Below are positions 13,052 to 25,872 of a stretch of DNA of 64,000 nucleotides, one piece after another; the first letter of the stretch is position 1; the number at the start of each line of letters is the position of its first letter. The position numbers were made by a program, and so were the translations under genes. The notes beneath the pieces were generated by a model. The model was not told the DNA's origin, ran no database searches, and was given only the letters and a program-made list of their open reading frames with translations. The DNA comes from Octopus bimaculoides. Its lineage: Eukaryota. Location: NCBI RefSeq assembly GCF_001194135.2, contig NC_068995.1, positions 56,521,860 through 56,585,859 of the forward strand, read 5' to 3'.

Positions 13052-13343
13052 AGTTGCAGACATGTTTTTCTAGTTAAGGAGTTCAGTCGGGTTCATTTCT
13101 TGTATTCCAATTTGTGAGAGCAGTCAAGTTTATTTCAAATATTCTCATTTTAAAAAACATCTCCAGCTAATCGTTGAGAGGATGTTGGTGTTGCCTTGAC
13201 AGAGGTTTGTACTCTATGAGTGCTCTTGTTGTTATTATTATTATCATTATTATTATTATTATTATTATTATCATCATCATTATTGTTGTTATTGTCTTCC
13301 CACTGATGTTAAAAACTAATTAACATTTGACGGAGCATGCCAG

Positions 13344-13566
13344 AATAACAATCTTTCTAATACAGGTGCAAGGCCTGAAATGTTGGGGGAGGGGGCTACT
13401 CAACTGCATCAACCCCAGTGTCTGACTGGTTCTTATTTTATTGGCCCCCGAAAGGATGAAAAGCAAAGTCACATTCTGTGGGATTTGAGCACAGAACATA
13501 AAGACCTGCAAGGAATGCTGCTAAACACGTTTTCCAGCACTCTAACGAACCTGTCAGCTTGCCACT
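13344..13566 (-). mobile_element. SINE family C, full length
   Basis: Reverse complement contains head, central domain and tail colinear with 17318-17545. Confidence 0.7.
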
Positions 13567-14040
13567 TAATGATGACAATGACAATGATAACAACACATTA
13601 NNNNNNNNNNNNNNNNNNNNNNNNNNNNNNNNNNNNNNNNNNNNNNNNNNNNNNNNNNNNNNNNNNNNNNNNNNNNNNNNNNNNNNNNNNNNNNNNNNNN
13701 NNNNNNNNNNNNNNNNNNNNNNNNNNNNNNNNNNNNNNNNNNNNNNNNNNNNNNNNNNNNNNNNNNNNNNNNNNNNNNNNNNNNNNNNNNNNNNNNNNNN
13801 NNNNNNNNNNNNNNNNNNNNNNNNNNNNNNNNNNNNNNNNNNNNNNNNNNNNNNNNNNNNNNNNNNNNNNNNNNNNNNNNNNNNNNNNNNNNNNNNNNNN
13901 NNNNNNNNNNNNNNNNNNNNNNNNNNNNNNNNNNNNNNNNNNNNNNNNNNNNNNNNNNNNNNNNNNNNNNNNNNNNNNNNNNNNNNNNTATATATATATA
14001 TATATATCTTAGATTAAATTAAAAGTCAGTACATTATATA

Positions 14041-14425
14041 TTGGGTCATCCTATAAATAATGTGGTTCTTTTATACTTCTTTTATTTTTCAAAATTAAGA
14101 TAAACAAAGTTCATTTTTAATCTAAAATAGACTCTCTTTCATTTTCTACAATGCTCTTCCATCTATCCGGTGGACTTGCAAGGCCCCTCTTCCAAAATTC
14201 ACTTGTCTGTGGGGAAAAATACTCCTCCAGTACTGTTCTGACTGCATCTACAGAATTCATATTTTTTCAAATTTCAATGATTTTGAAGATTGCAGAATAA
14301 ATGATAATCAGATGGGGTAATGTCTGGCCAATATGGTGGGTGGGGCATCGTTTCCTATTCAAACTGCTCCGGCCCTTGAAATGTCATCCTCTTTGTATGT
14401 GGCGAAGCATTATCCTGTAGTTGAA
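14041..14425 (-). mobile_element. mariner (DD34D-type) transposon relic: transposase C-terminus and 3' TIR
   Basis: Minus-strand translation LQDNASPHTKRMTFQGPEQFE*ETMPHPPYWPDITPSDYHLFCNLQNH...FWKRGLASPPDRWKSIVENE...ILD* (stop at 14117-14119) matches the mariner DNARPH and HPPYSPDLAPSDYHLF motifs. Terminus TTGGGTCATCCTATAAATAATG abuts TA. Contains an in-frame stop, so it is inactive. Confidence 0.85.
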
Positions 14426-14927
14426 GATATTTGCACAAAACGCCATCCAATGGGAATGCACCTGAAGCAAACATTTTAATCACACAGCTACATCTGGGTC
14501 TATCTATCTATCCACACACACACACACACAAATATATATATACTTACATTTATTTATATATANNNNNNNNNNNNNNNNNNNNNNNNNNNNNNNNNNNNNN
14601 NNNNNNNNNNNNNNNNNNNNNNNNNNNNNNNNNNNNNNNNNNNNNNNNNNNNNNNNNNNNNNNNNNNNNNNNNNNNNNNNNNNNNNNNNNNNNNNNNNNN
14701 NNNNNNNNNNNNNNNNNNNNNNNNNNNNNNNNNNNNNNNNNNNNNNNNNNNNNNNNNNNNNNNNNNNNNNNNNNNNNNNNNNNNNNNNNNNNNNNNNNNN
14801 NNNNNNNNNNNNNNNNNNNNNNNNNNNNNNNNNNNNNNNNNNNNNNNNNNNNNNNNNNNNNNNNNNNNNNNNNNNNNNNNNNNNNNNNNNNNNNNNNNNN
14901 NNNNNNNNNNNNNNNNNNNNNNNNNNN

Positions 14928-14968
<41 letters not shown>

Positions 14969-15850
14969 ATATATACAAATATATATAAATATGCACACAC
15001 ACATGTATATATATGCATACACATTATAAATGCATACATACATACATATATATATATACACACACTCACTTATACACACACGCATACTTATACACACATA
15101 AATACTACATATATACACTTATATACATTTACACTCAAGCTCACACACATACACACATGCACACACACTGATATGTATGCATATGTGTGTTAGTTTAGCT
15201 ATGGTGTGTGTGAAGTGTGTGGTGTATGTGTGAGTATATATGTGTAATTCCTACAAGAGAATGCATGTATTGAAGTCATTTGCAAAAATGTATAATAGAC
15301 TGACTGCATTGATTAATAGGAATTTGATGTAAGTTACTTTTAAATTAGTGTAAGAATATGAAAGTGCAGTGTTTGGGTGCATCACTTGCAACAGAAGAGA
15401 AATCTGTAATTACAGGGAAGAGTGTCAATTGCTTAAGAGGTTGTCACAGCAAGAGGTTTTGCAAGCTACACTGTTGTTGTTGGTAATGTTGTTGTTTATG
15501 ATGTTTTTTCTAAAGTTGCTTTTGCTGTCTTGGTGGAGATAGACAGCTGATGAAAACAAATCTAAACATCTACAGACACAAACAAACAAACCAAAAAAAT
15601 AAGAAAAGACAAAGAAACTCAGTAGAATAAAAAAAAAATGTTGTTGTTGTTGTTGATAATGATTTTTGTTTTAAAGTTTCAAATCTATTTCAAAGGTGGA
15701 AAAAAAAAACAATAAAAGAGAAAAACAGAAAGCGAGTTTCAAAGCTGAAGCAAACATCATTATCACCACCCCTCATCGCTTTAATCATCTCTCTATCAAC
15801 ATCACCGTCCTGATGATGACAATGTTGATGATGATTATGATGATGATGAC

Positions 15851-15885
<35 letters not shown>

Positions 15886-16697
15886 TGATGATGATAATAA
15901 TAATAACGACAGTAACTATAATGATGATGATGATGGTGTTGATGATGTTAAGTTACTGGGAAAAAAATAACAGAGTTAAAATAAGGAAGGCAAGTGTGAA
16001 GAGAACATGTGAGTAAATAATTACATGAGAAAATAGCAAAAGACTGAGGAAATGTGTGAAAACGAAGGAAGATTGGTAAAGAGAGCAAAGACCGGAGACA
16101 ATAGAAACACCTAATATATTACAGTAAAACATAAAAGCCTTACGTTTTTACTTAATATTTTCTCATAATTTTGTATATTAAAGAGGCATTTGTGAATATG
16201 TTTAGCAGCTTGTGGAGAATGAAGAATACTAAAACTCAGGTGGCGCCAGGCATAAAAATATAATCTTGAATTGTAAAGTTGTTTTTTTTAATTTTTTAGT
16301 CTAAGGAAAGAGATGCATGGAAGAAAGGATGATATGGATTCTATCTTTGGTTTTGTATTGTATCATATTTCTTTGTTTATAATGTGAGAAGTATCAGGGT
16401 CAAAATCCGGGATAACACTGTACTCAAATAACGCACAAAAACAAAAGAAAAAAAGAAAAATTAATAGATAACAGAATAAAAATGGTAGCAAAAATCTATG
16501 GAAAGAAAGAGAGCAAAGCTTATGAAATGTTGTTATGTGTAGTAAATACAACTAATTGAAGTTGTTATAATACACCCTATACAGCGTAATTACACATTCG
16601 TTTGTTTAAAAGCGATCAGTTAAATTTAAATTATTACATTTTAAAACAGATGTTACATTGACATATTGTTAGTAAAGAAAAAGATATCTTCAGTACA

Positions 16698-16877
16698 GGC
16701 GTGGCTATGTGGTAAGAAGCTTGCTTCCCAACCACATGGCTCTGGTTCAATCCCATTGTGTGGCACCTTTGGCAAGTGTCTTCCACTATAGCCCTGAGCC
16801 GTCCAAAGCCTTGTGAGTGGATTTGGCAGAGGGGAACTGAAAGCAGCCCATCAGATGTATGTATTTATATTTATATA

Positions 16878-16920
<43 letters not shown>

Positions 16921-17125
16921 TTGTGTGTCTGTGTTTGTCCCCCCCACCTCATCACTTGACAATCGATATTGGCTTACATCCCCGTAACTTAGTAGTTTGG
17001 CAAAAGAGACCAATAAATAAGTACTAGGCTTACAAAGAATAAGTCCTGGGGTTGATTTATTCAACTAAAGGCGGTGCTCCAGCATGGCCGCAGTCAAGTG
17101 ACTGAAATAAGAAAAAGTTAAAGAA
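16698..17125 (+). mobile_element. tRNA-headed SINE, family A (best full-length copy)
   Basis: A-box TGGCTATGTGG, B-box GGTTCAATCCC (16744-54), central (TA)n/(TATG)n tract, 3' half ending GGTGCTCCAGCATGGCCGCAGTCAAGTGACTGAAATAAGAAAAAG. Confidence 0.85.
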
Positions 17126-17129
17126 AATC

Positions 17130-17545
17130 ATTTGAACATCACACAAAATGTTTGATGGAATTTCTTCCAGTTCTTTACATTCTGAGTTCAAATCCTGCTG
17201 AGGTCAATTTGCCTTTAATCCTTTCAGAGTCAATATAATCAACTATACCCTCTCTGAAAAAAGTTTGAGCCCTGTACCTATACTAGAAAGGATTATTATT
17301 ATTGTTGTTGTTGTTGGTAAGGCAGCAAGCTGGCTGAATCATTAGCATACCAGACAAAAAGTTTAGCAACATTTTGGCCATCTTTACATTCTGAGTTCAC
17401 ATTCTGCTGAGGTCAATTTGCCTTTCATCCTTTTGAGGTTGATACATTAAGTACCAGTTGAGTACTGGGGTCAATGTGATTTATTTACCCCTTTCCTTGA
17501 AGTTTCAGGCTTTGTGCCTATAGCAGAAAGGATCATCATTATTAT
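17130..17545 (+). mobile_element. two tandem SINE family C copies (17130-17300 deleted; 17318-17545 full length)
   Basis: Duplicated TTTACATTCTGAGTTCA..TGCTGAGGTCAATTTGCCTTT motif; each copy ends AGAAAGGAT(TAT/CAT)n. Confidence 0.8.
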
Positions 17546-17696
17546 TATTATTATCATCATTATCATTATTATTATTATTTAATAAAGTGGAGTATATTAC
17601 ATCAGAAATCAGTATTCATATCAAAAATATAAAAACTTGAATATTCAATTGTCTGTAAATATATCAGCAGCCTTAAACACACACACACACACACAT

Positions 17697-17730
<34 letters not shown>

Positions 17731-19094
17731 TCAGATAGACTGGAGCAAAAACAGGTTATTAAGGGGAAGGTATAAAGATATAAACAAAAGAAAAAGGGAT
17801 ATCTAAAAAAATATGCAAACACACATATATACAGAACCTTAATATGCATAAATATAATTCTTTGAATATTTTATTAAGAAAAAATATGGTTTCTTACAAG
17901 TAAAACAAAATGAATTTTATTTACATAGAAATGCAGAAATAGAATTTTCTTCCTGCCAAAGTATATAAAAACTATTTACCCCTTATTTAAAAAAAAAAAT
18001 AAAACTTGTTTTATCTAAACAAAATATGTGTATAAAAAGTTAACACATTTTCAACCATTTCTTAGTATTTCCTACATACATACATACATACATACATATA
18101 TGCATATATGCATGCATGCATACTTATATACATACATAAATGTAGACACACACACACACATATATATCTCTTTTCTCAGTTTAACAAATAGGAAGAAAAA
18201 AATTACCAACAGGAGATAAAATTTAATTGTACCAGTCTCATTTGGTGCAACCAAAAAACAGCACTTAAAGCATCATGCTAAATAAAACCAGGAATGGAGA
18301 CAAAATAAACATTAGTATGAAGAGAATTTTAAAGTTTATTTGACACAGATGAGCTTATTACAAACCAGTTGTCGAGTTAGTAGGCATTTCCCTCAAGGAA
18401 ATAGCTATTTTAAATGTACTTTATATAATTTTTTTAAAATATCACTAACAAGTAGAAATTTTCTCTTTCATAATGTAATAAACAGCCAACACTATAAAAT
18501 TAGTATTATTATTTTTCCTGGATGTTATAAATATTTTTTTTTAAACTCAGCTACAGTTTGTTTAGATATTTTTTAAGCAAAATATTCTTGTAGCAAGTAA
18601 AGCTTCCAGGGAAATATTCTTAATATTATAAACATTTTCTCATTTTTCTTACATAGATTTCAAATCAATAAATAGAATAGTTTTGAAAATACAAAAAAGA
18701 AAAAAAGTATTTTTTTTAAAACTTGGAATATACTTCTGCTATGTACAATAAATACTGTAATAAGCTAAAGCAACAAAAGAAATGTTTTAAATCTACGTTA
18801 ACATTCACAACAATAACAAAATGTTGTTGGAATTGATGGTAGCAATGACGATAAGGATGATGTTTGCAAAAAGTCCAAACTCCTTTCATCAGTGACTGAA
18901 CAAGAGATGAAGTTTAATAGTAATGCAATATAGGTGGCAAAAGAAGGTTTAAATCAGAGGTTCTAAAAGAGGACAGTACTACCCCCAAGGGGGTGCTGGA
19001 CATGTCAAAGGAAACCTTAGGCTTTGAGGGGCAGTGAGGAAATTTAGCATGTTAATTAAGATGCTAAATTTTATTTGTAGTAATAATTATACAT

Positions 19095-19245
19095 AATAAA
19101 ACTAATATTACCTTGCTTGGAAACAGGTAAGGCTTAGAAAATGGAAGGGCATCTGGCCATAGAAAATCTGGTTCAAGAAATTCATTGTGTCCAACCCATG
19201 GAAACACAGAGAAGTGGCCATTAAAACAATGATGATGATGAGGAA
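19095..19245 (+). mobile_element. RTE family B-variant 3' end
   Basis: GGAAGGGCATCTGGCCATAGAAAATCTG...CCAACCCATG...GGCCATTAAAACAATGATGATG; similar pieces at about 30950-31090 (+), 49120-49260 (+) and 54165-54330 (-). Confidence 0.55.
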
Positions 19246-19609
19246 GAAAATTACCTTGCAATTCTAACTACCAATTATGGTTTACAAAAACATGGCTACA
19301 GCAGTGAATGTAAAATACTGGTATTGTAGTACTTATGTACTCTTTTTAATTATATTATATATTTTAACTAATAAAATACTTAGTTAATTCCTTTGCTAGT
19401 TGATAATTTTGTTGGTTACCAATTTAAAGAAATGATGTGAGTTCAGTTAACATGCTTTTGCAAACTATATGTAGTAAATAAATTATTTCCAGTCTTTAAA
19501 TTGATTTAATTTAGTCTGGATGATAAAAAAAAAAAATGTTTCTATAAATCTATATATTTTAAATAAATTAAATACATTCAAAACTCTTTTGCATATCTAT
19601 AAATACACA

Positions 19610-19703
<94 letters not shown>

Positions 19704-21324
19704 TAACTCTATATTCATCTATTTTCATATCTATATCTTCACACACACACACACTCTTATCAATCTATGCATCCTACTTGAATACATTAAAGGCAGAATC
19801 ATCACATTCATAACTGGTCAAATTTTGGTCTGATTAAATCGATTTCATTAAAGACAGCATAACTAATATCATAAGCGGTCAAATTTTGGTCTGTATTTGA
19901 AATCTTTAATAAATGGCATCGTGAGTATGTAAGACAGATGCAAAACAGATGTTTCATACTAGATTACTATAACAGAGTGAAAAATCTACAATAAATCAAA
20001 ATAATTCCTTAATTTGACTCCAAGAGTGAAACAAAGATTTAATTATCTGTTATGATTTGAAGTAATTTATTTTAAAGCATGTTTGACATAATGCATCATT
20101 TCTAAATAAAAAGAGAAATACTTGATAAAATTATGTGAACTCCTTAAAATCCCAATGTTTCATATACTTTGTCAGCATGTAATGCATGAAGCTAAAAGGA
20201 AATAGTTAAGATCAGTCAGACTATTAACTTCTCTTTTGAATTTTTAATGGGGGACCAAACTATTACTTGAAACCTTCTTTCTCCTTTATTCATTTATTTG
20301 TATTCTATTTATTTATTTTTTGCAGCTATATCACTTTGTTTGAATGAAATTTATAAAATTGAGCTGTTTCCATAAGCCAAAACTGGGAGTGAACATATAT
20401 ATATCATGAAATCAGGTAAAAAAAATCCATTTAATTTTTAGAACTTAGCAAATCAAAAATTACCAAAACCATGCTGGCATTTGTCTACAGGATTTTAATA
20501 GTAAAATAAAAACTACAATTTTCACCCTCTGTAATGAATTCATTTCCTATTTCACATGACACATTACAAAAGGAGTGATCAAAAACTACAATATCTACCG
20601 GCACCATTAATTCCATAGTTATCTGCACCAAAGAATTCTATATGCAGTATCAACTTAAATTAGCAACAATAAAATGTACAGCCCAAAACATTGGTAATTT
20701 TTATTCACCACCCACCCCACCCAATCATAGTCTATCTATAGTTTTATACTCTTTCTCTCATAATAATGTTGGTAAATTTCTTGGCACTATTGTCACTCAA
20801 TAGAAGTTAGAATCCATTGAAAAGTTCTGCCTTGGGCAGACTCCACATTTTACAGAACAGCTTTGCTAGGAAGACAATTTGGACCTACCTGAACAGAAAT
20901 AATAGTAGAGATGAAATAAAGAACTACAAGATGTTCGAGGGGAAAAATGGTTTCATGGCTTCAGCAAGAAAATAAATCTATTATGAAATGTTTTTTTTTT
21001 AAAATTCTTCAGTAAAGCTATTCTTATTTTTAAAAATGAAGAACTGAAGCACAAAGAAAATTCTTTTGTATTTTTTGTGTAAATATATTTTAATGTACAA
21101 AAGTAATTATTTCACACACTTTGTGTGCATAAAAATGTATACCACACACACACATGCAAACATACATACAATGTCCACATTTGTATATGTGTGCATGTAC
21201 ATATATATGTACACACACATGCATGTTCATTCAATTACACACACACACACACACACATATATATGTACATGCACANNNNNNNNNNNNNNNNNNNNNNNNN
21301 NNNNNNNNNNNNNNNNNNNNNNNN

Positions 21325-21388
<64 letters not shown>

Positions 21389-21468
21389 GCCTTCAGACAA
21401 GTACATTTATATAATAATACATAAACATATATTTTTTCAAAAGTTTAATTTAGATTATATAGTTTTGC

Positions 21469-21505
<37 letters not shown>

Positions 21506-21532
21506 CATATACACACACACACACATATATAT

Positions 21533-21665
21533 ATATTATGTATGCATGCATATATATGCATATTTATATATCATGTATGCATATATATATATATGTATAT
21601 ATACATATCTACACACACATATATTATGTATGCATGCATATATATGCATATTTATATATCATGTA

Positions 21666-21678
<13 letters not shown>
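21533..21678. repeat. tandem duplication of a ~58-bp AT/ATGC-rich unit (period about 88 bp) in a compound microsatellite
   Basis: ATATTATGTATGCATGCATATATATGCATATTTATATATCATGTATGCATATA occurs at about 21533 and 21621. Confidence 0.8.
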
Positions 21679-21738
<60 letters not shown>

Positions 21739-21745
21739 TTGTGTG

Positions 21746-21820
<75 letters not shown>

Positions 21821-22404
21821 GGTACACACAGCATATACACATACACACACATGCATACCCACATACCATATAAACTGAAGGAAACAAATTAAATGTTCTG
21901 TATAATAAATTAAAATAAAAAGCTTTTGTATTAATATGGATGCGTATGTCAAAGTGTCTGCACATTTGCACCATGTGTTTCTGCATCAAGTACGAATGTC
22001 TCAGACGGTTTAACAGAAAACAGAACTTGGCTACTAAATAGAAATTTTAAGGGTCTTGAGAAACATCTATGTTATTACAAATTAATTAAGCAGGATTTAA
22101 AGTATAATTAAAAGTGCACAAAATTAAAATTACAGTATTTATAATTATTATATTACCATATATATATAAATGATCATGGATGCTAGCTTGAGTATCACAC
22201 TAGTTTTTTGTTGAAATGTCTGAGGATTATGTTCAGGGTACATTATGAGGTATATTATGTACCTGTGAGACAGGCTATAATTTAAGGGGTAGATAGTTTA
22301 GTTGGTTTCAACAATAGGAAAAGTCACTGTTAAAAGTAACAGAAGACCATATATACACATTCATATTCATATACATATATATATACATAAACAAACACAC
22401 ACAC

Positions 22405-22435
<31 letters not shown>

Positions 22436-23467
22436 ATTCATATGTACACATGAGAAAGGTGGGGAGATGTGTATACATACACACACGTTTGTGTATGCAT
22501 GCTTAATTATTACAAATGTATTCATATTGTGTTTGCATGTCAGCATTTGAATAAATATTAGCACTTCTCACTTCCTGTAAGGCACTGAATGTCATCTTGT
22601 GCTATGGCTTTAATTATATATTTACCTTCACACACAAATTTGTGTGCGGATAAATATTGAATGAACATATATTATATATATATATATATATATAGATAGA
22701 TAGATATATATATATTACAAATTAGTTATATTAGTTACAATGAAAAATATGCTCGTGTATATTAGAAATAAAAATTCAAAATAATGGTGAAAAATCTGTA
22801 TAACAACTAATGGAGAGGACAAAATAGAAATAAAGCCATTTCAGGAACCAATTTTCATTCTAAAATCCCTAGAATTTCAGCACTTGTTAAGAAGATGGTA
22901 TCCTTCATCTGGAAAGTGCCAGGGTTCACGAAATGAAAACAAGTTTTGCAACTAAAAACACACAGGCTGTTATATATATAGAACAACAAAAGAATTGTGT
23001 TCTACAAGAACAATCCCATTATGATGAAAGCATTACCATTCACATTTTGGAATTTCATTGGAATATAAGTAACAAAGATGAACACTGTAGTGAGCATTTT
23101 ACAACCTATCATTCACTTCAATTAAAAATAAAAATGTTTCCCATAAATTTTTATTCCTCATATTTATGCATGCACGCACACACACACACACACACACACA
23201 CATTTACACTGGCTCAATCTCGTGAATGTATAGTTATATAATGCCTCACTTTTTAATATTAATTAATCCCCTGCCATTAACCTAATCCTGTACCATTAAA
23301 TCTTGATGTTCTATCTCTCACAAAACATATTAATATTTCCATAAATTTCATAAATTCTTAATCTTTGAAATCATAATTGTTTCCTTGGTCAGTTTTGCAG
23401 CACTTCTATTACAAACAAAAACAAAATTTAATTCTATATATAGACATATATATTTACTTCTGTGAAG

Positions 23468-23760
23468 GAGCTTGTCCATGTGGTTGAGGTGTTGTATTCA
23501 TGATTGCAAGTTTATGGTTTCAATTCCCAGACAGGCAGTGCATTGTATTCTGGAGCAAAACACATCATTTCATACTGCACCAGTCCACTCAGCTGCAAAA
23601 TGGGTAAGCCTGCAACAGGCTGGCATTCTCTTCAAGAGAAATGATGACCAGACTTCTTAGCAAATTGGGTGGCACCATTTGTAAGTTACAACAATGTAAG
23701 GGAGTACATTGTGACCAGTGGGGGATAACATCTGGTAGCCTGGTCAGTTATGTGATGATT
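23468..23760 (+). mobile_element. tRNA-headed SINE related to family E, with CORE/V-like CCAGTCCACTCAGCTG..AAATGGGTA segment
   Basis: Degenerate A and B boxes plus the central segment at about 23580-23606. Confidence 0.5.
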
Positions 23761-24104
23761 ACTTCTATATATAGAGAGAGAGAGATAGGCAGAGGTGTAG
23801 ATGTGTAGTTAATATGCTCTCTTTGCAACCATACTGGTTCTAGGACAGTGACAACCATTGGTACCTTTCATACAATGTCAACACAAACATACACTCACAG
23901 ACATATATATAAATATACAGAGTGTCCATGATGGGTTTCAATTTTTAATGACTTCCTTAACTTTACAAATAGATGCATGAAATTTTGATACGACATAAAG
24001 GACAGAATGGAAATTGATAGGCACAAGCCAAAGTATGCAACACCACCACATCACATAAGAAAAACGACATTGCTTAAATGGCAGCTATTTCCAGCTTCAC
24101 ACGC

Positions 24105-24220
24105 CCATGCTCTTTCCAAAACTGCCAAATCAGATTCGAGCCTGGTATAGCCATCTGGTTCACCAGTCCTCAGTCAAATCGTCCAACCCATGCTAGCATG
24201 GAAAGCTGACGTTAAACGAT
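24105..24220 (+). mobile_element. RTE family B 3' end
   Basis: CTGGTTCACCAGTCCTCAGTCAAATCGTCCAACCCATGCTAGCATGGAAAGCTGACGTTAAACGAT is near-identical to 46640-46705. Confidence 0.75.
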
Positions 24221-24801
24221 TATATATATATATATATATCTAGACAGATAGATGTACATTCAAACACATTGACAATTTCAATATATATAATGTATGTATA
24301 TACGCTAAAATACCTAGAATGCAAAAATAAAAGTAGTTGTAAAAGTATGCATTACAAATCTATCTTCCTGCAGCACACATGCAAAACGTACCACCACACT
24401 CATCCAAAGACACCAAAACACACACACACACAAATCATTAATGCAAAGAAAAAGCAAAGTCATATTGATCTGAGCAACTCTAATGAATTTAAAACTATTT
24501 GTTCAAAACTCCATATATAGAAAGAGTAAAACAAACAACAACAATCTGATTCCTTGTTTGGTAAAAAGAGTATGCAGCAATAATTTTACCAGGTGGACAC
24601 TGAGATTTAATTAGATGTGTTAGGATCTCCAGAGATGGTTGATGTTATTCAAAACCAATATATCTAACTTTTACCGCATTTTATATTTTAAACTGACATT
24701 TTTCCAATGGAGTTCATTATCCTTATAAAAGAAAAAATATATTTTGTTTATTAACATCAGTTTCTAAAATATATACATACACACACACGTGGGCGCGTGC
24801 A

Positions 24802-24863
<62 letters not shown>

Positions 24864-25345
24864 GAGAGTGAGGGAGAGATAGACAAACTTACAAATACAC
24901 ACACACATTTAAATACATTTATATATACACAAACACACAGATAGACTCACACAGACACACAAATACCCATACTTTTATATAGACACACAAACGTACATGC
25001 ACTTTATACTTGCATGCATATATATATGTATACAGACATGCATGTATATTTATCTCTCTATCTATGTATACATGCATATACCCACATGTATGTACATCCA
25101 TAAGTGTAAGCATGTATTCTACACAGGCACATACATATATAGATGAGTGGTACCCATCCAAAATAACTGCATGCATTTCTGCTTACTTCCAGTAATTCTT
25201 AACGTTTCTAACCTAAGCACCGACCCATTAACTCTTTTTGATTACTCTCACTGACTTTATTACTTCTTCTCTTTCACTCTCATTTAACACATCTTTTATC
25301 TTTTACTTGTTTCAGTCCTTAAACTGTGGCCATGCAGGAGCACAG

Positions 25346-25612
25346 TCTTGAGCTATGCTTGTGGAGTGGAAGCTCCGAGTAGGGCCTCCTGTGTTTGGAC
25401 AGGTCAAAAGATAGAGGTCAGCCTAATATCAACCACTTCTTCCCAGAGCCAAAATATGGGTTTCCGTAAGGCCAGCATCCTGACCAAGAGAAAAGGCAAA
25501 GCTACAGAAGCAATACCAACAAGACTAGGGTGAGGAAAGACAGCCCAGGGTTGAGAACTGTGGAGAAAAGTTGTCAATACCCTTTGCCCCACAAAGAGGG
25601 AAGACCTTAAAA
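25346..25612 (+). mobile_element. short bipartite RTE-derived element (5'-UTR-like part fused to ORF/3' end)
   Basis: The 3' part (from 25537) translates KTAQG*ELWRKVVNTLCPTKREDL, resembling the RTE C-terminal AQDRxxWRxxVxALCP motif. The 5' part GTAGGGCCTCCTGTGTTTGGACAGGTCAAAAGATAGAGGTCAGCCTAA resembles RTE 5' UTRs (from recall). Confidence 0.55.
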
Positions 25613-25665
25613 CATATAAGCAGCAGTTAGTGTTATTCAACCAAATTCTGAAAGTGATATAAATG

Positions 25666-25707
<42 letters not shown>

Positions 25708-25811
25708 TGGATTTACTATATAAGTACGTATATATGTGTGTGAAAATTGAAGTAATAGTAAAAATCTTTTACATACATATATCGCCATGATGTGTATATA
25801 TGTATTGATAG

Positions 25812-25872
<61 letters not shown>

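Noticed and set aside
13090-13240. Segment resembling, from recall, a Helitron/Helentron-associated non-autonomous repeat end
   Set aside because: Single partial copy in the window with no diagnostic hairpin or termini visible; cannot be supported without a database search.
16698-16770. tRNA-like heads with A and B boxes (also 1141, 12707, 62798)
   Set aside because: No acceptor stem or complete cloverleaf, and each continues into SINE body sequence; these are SINE heads, not tRNA genes.
22572-22574. 3-nt candidate microexon (CAG|GAA|GTGAGA, minus)
   Set aside because: Such short motif pairs are expected several times by chance in a window this size.
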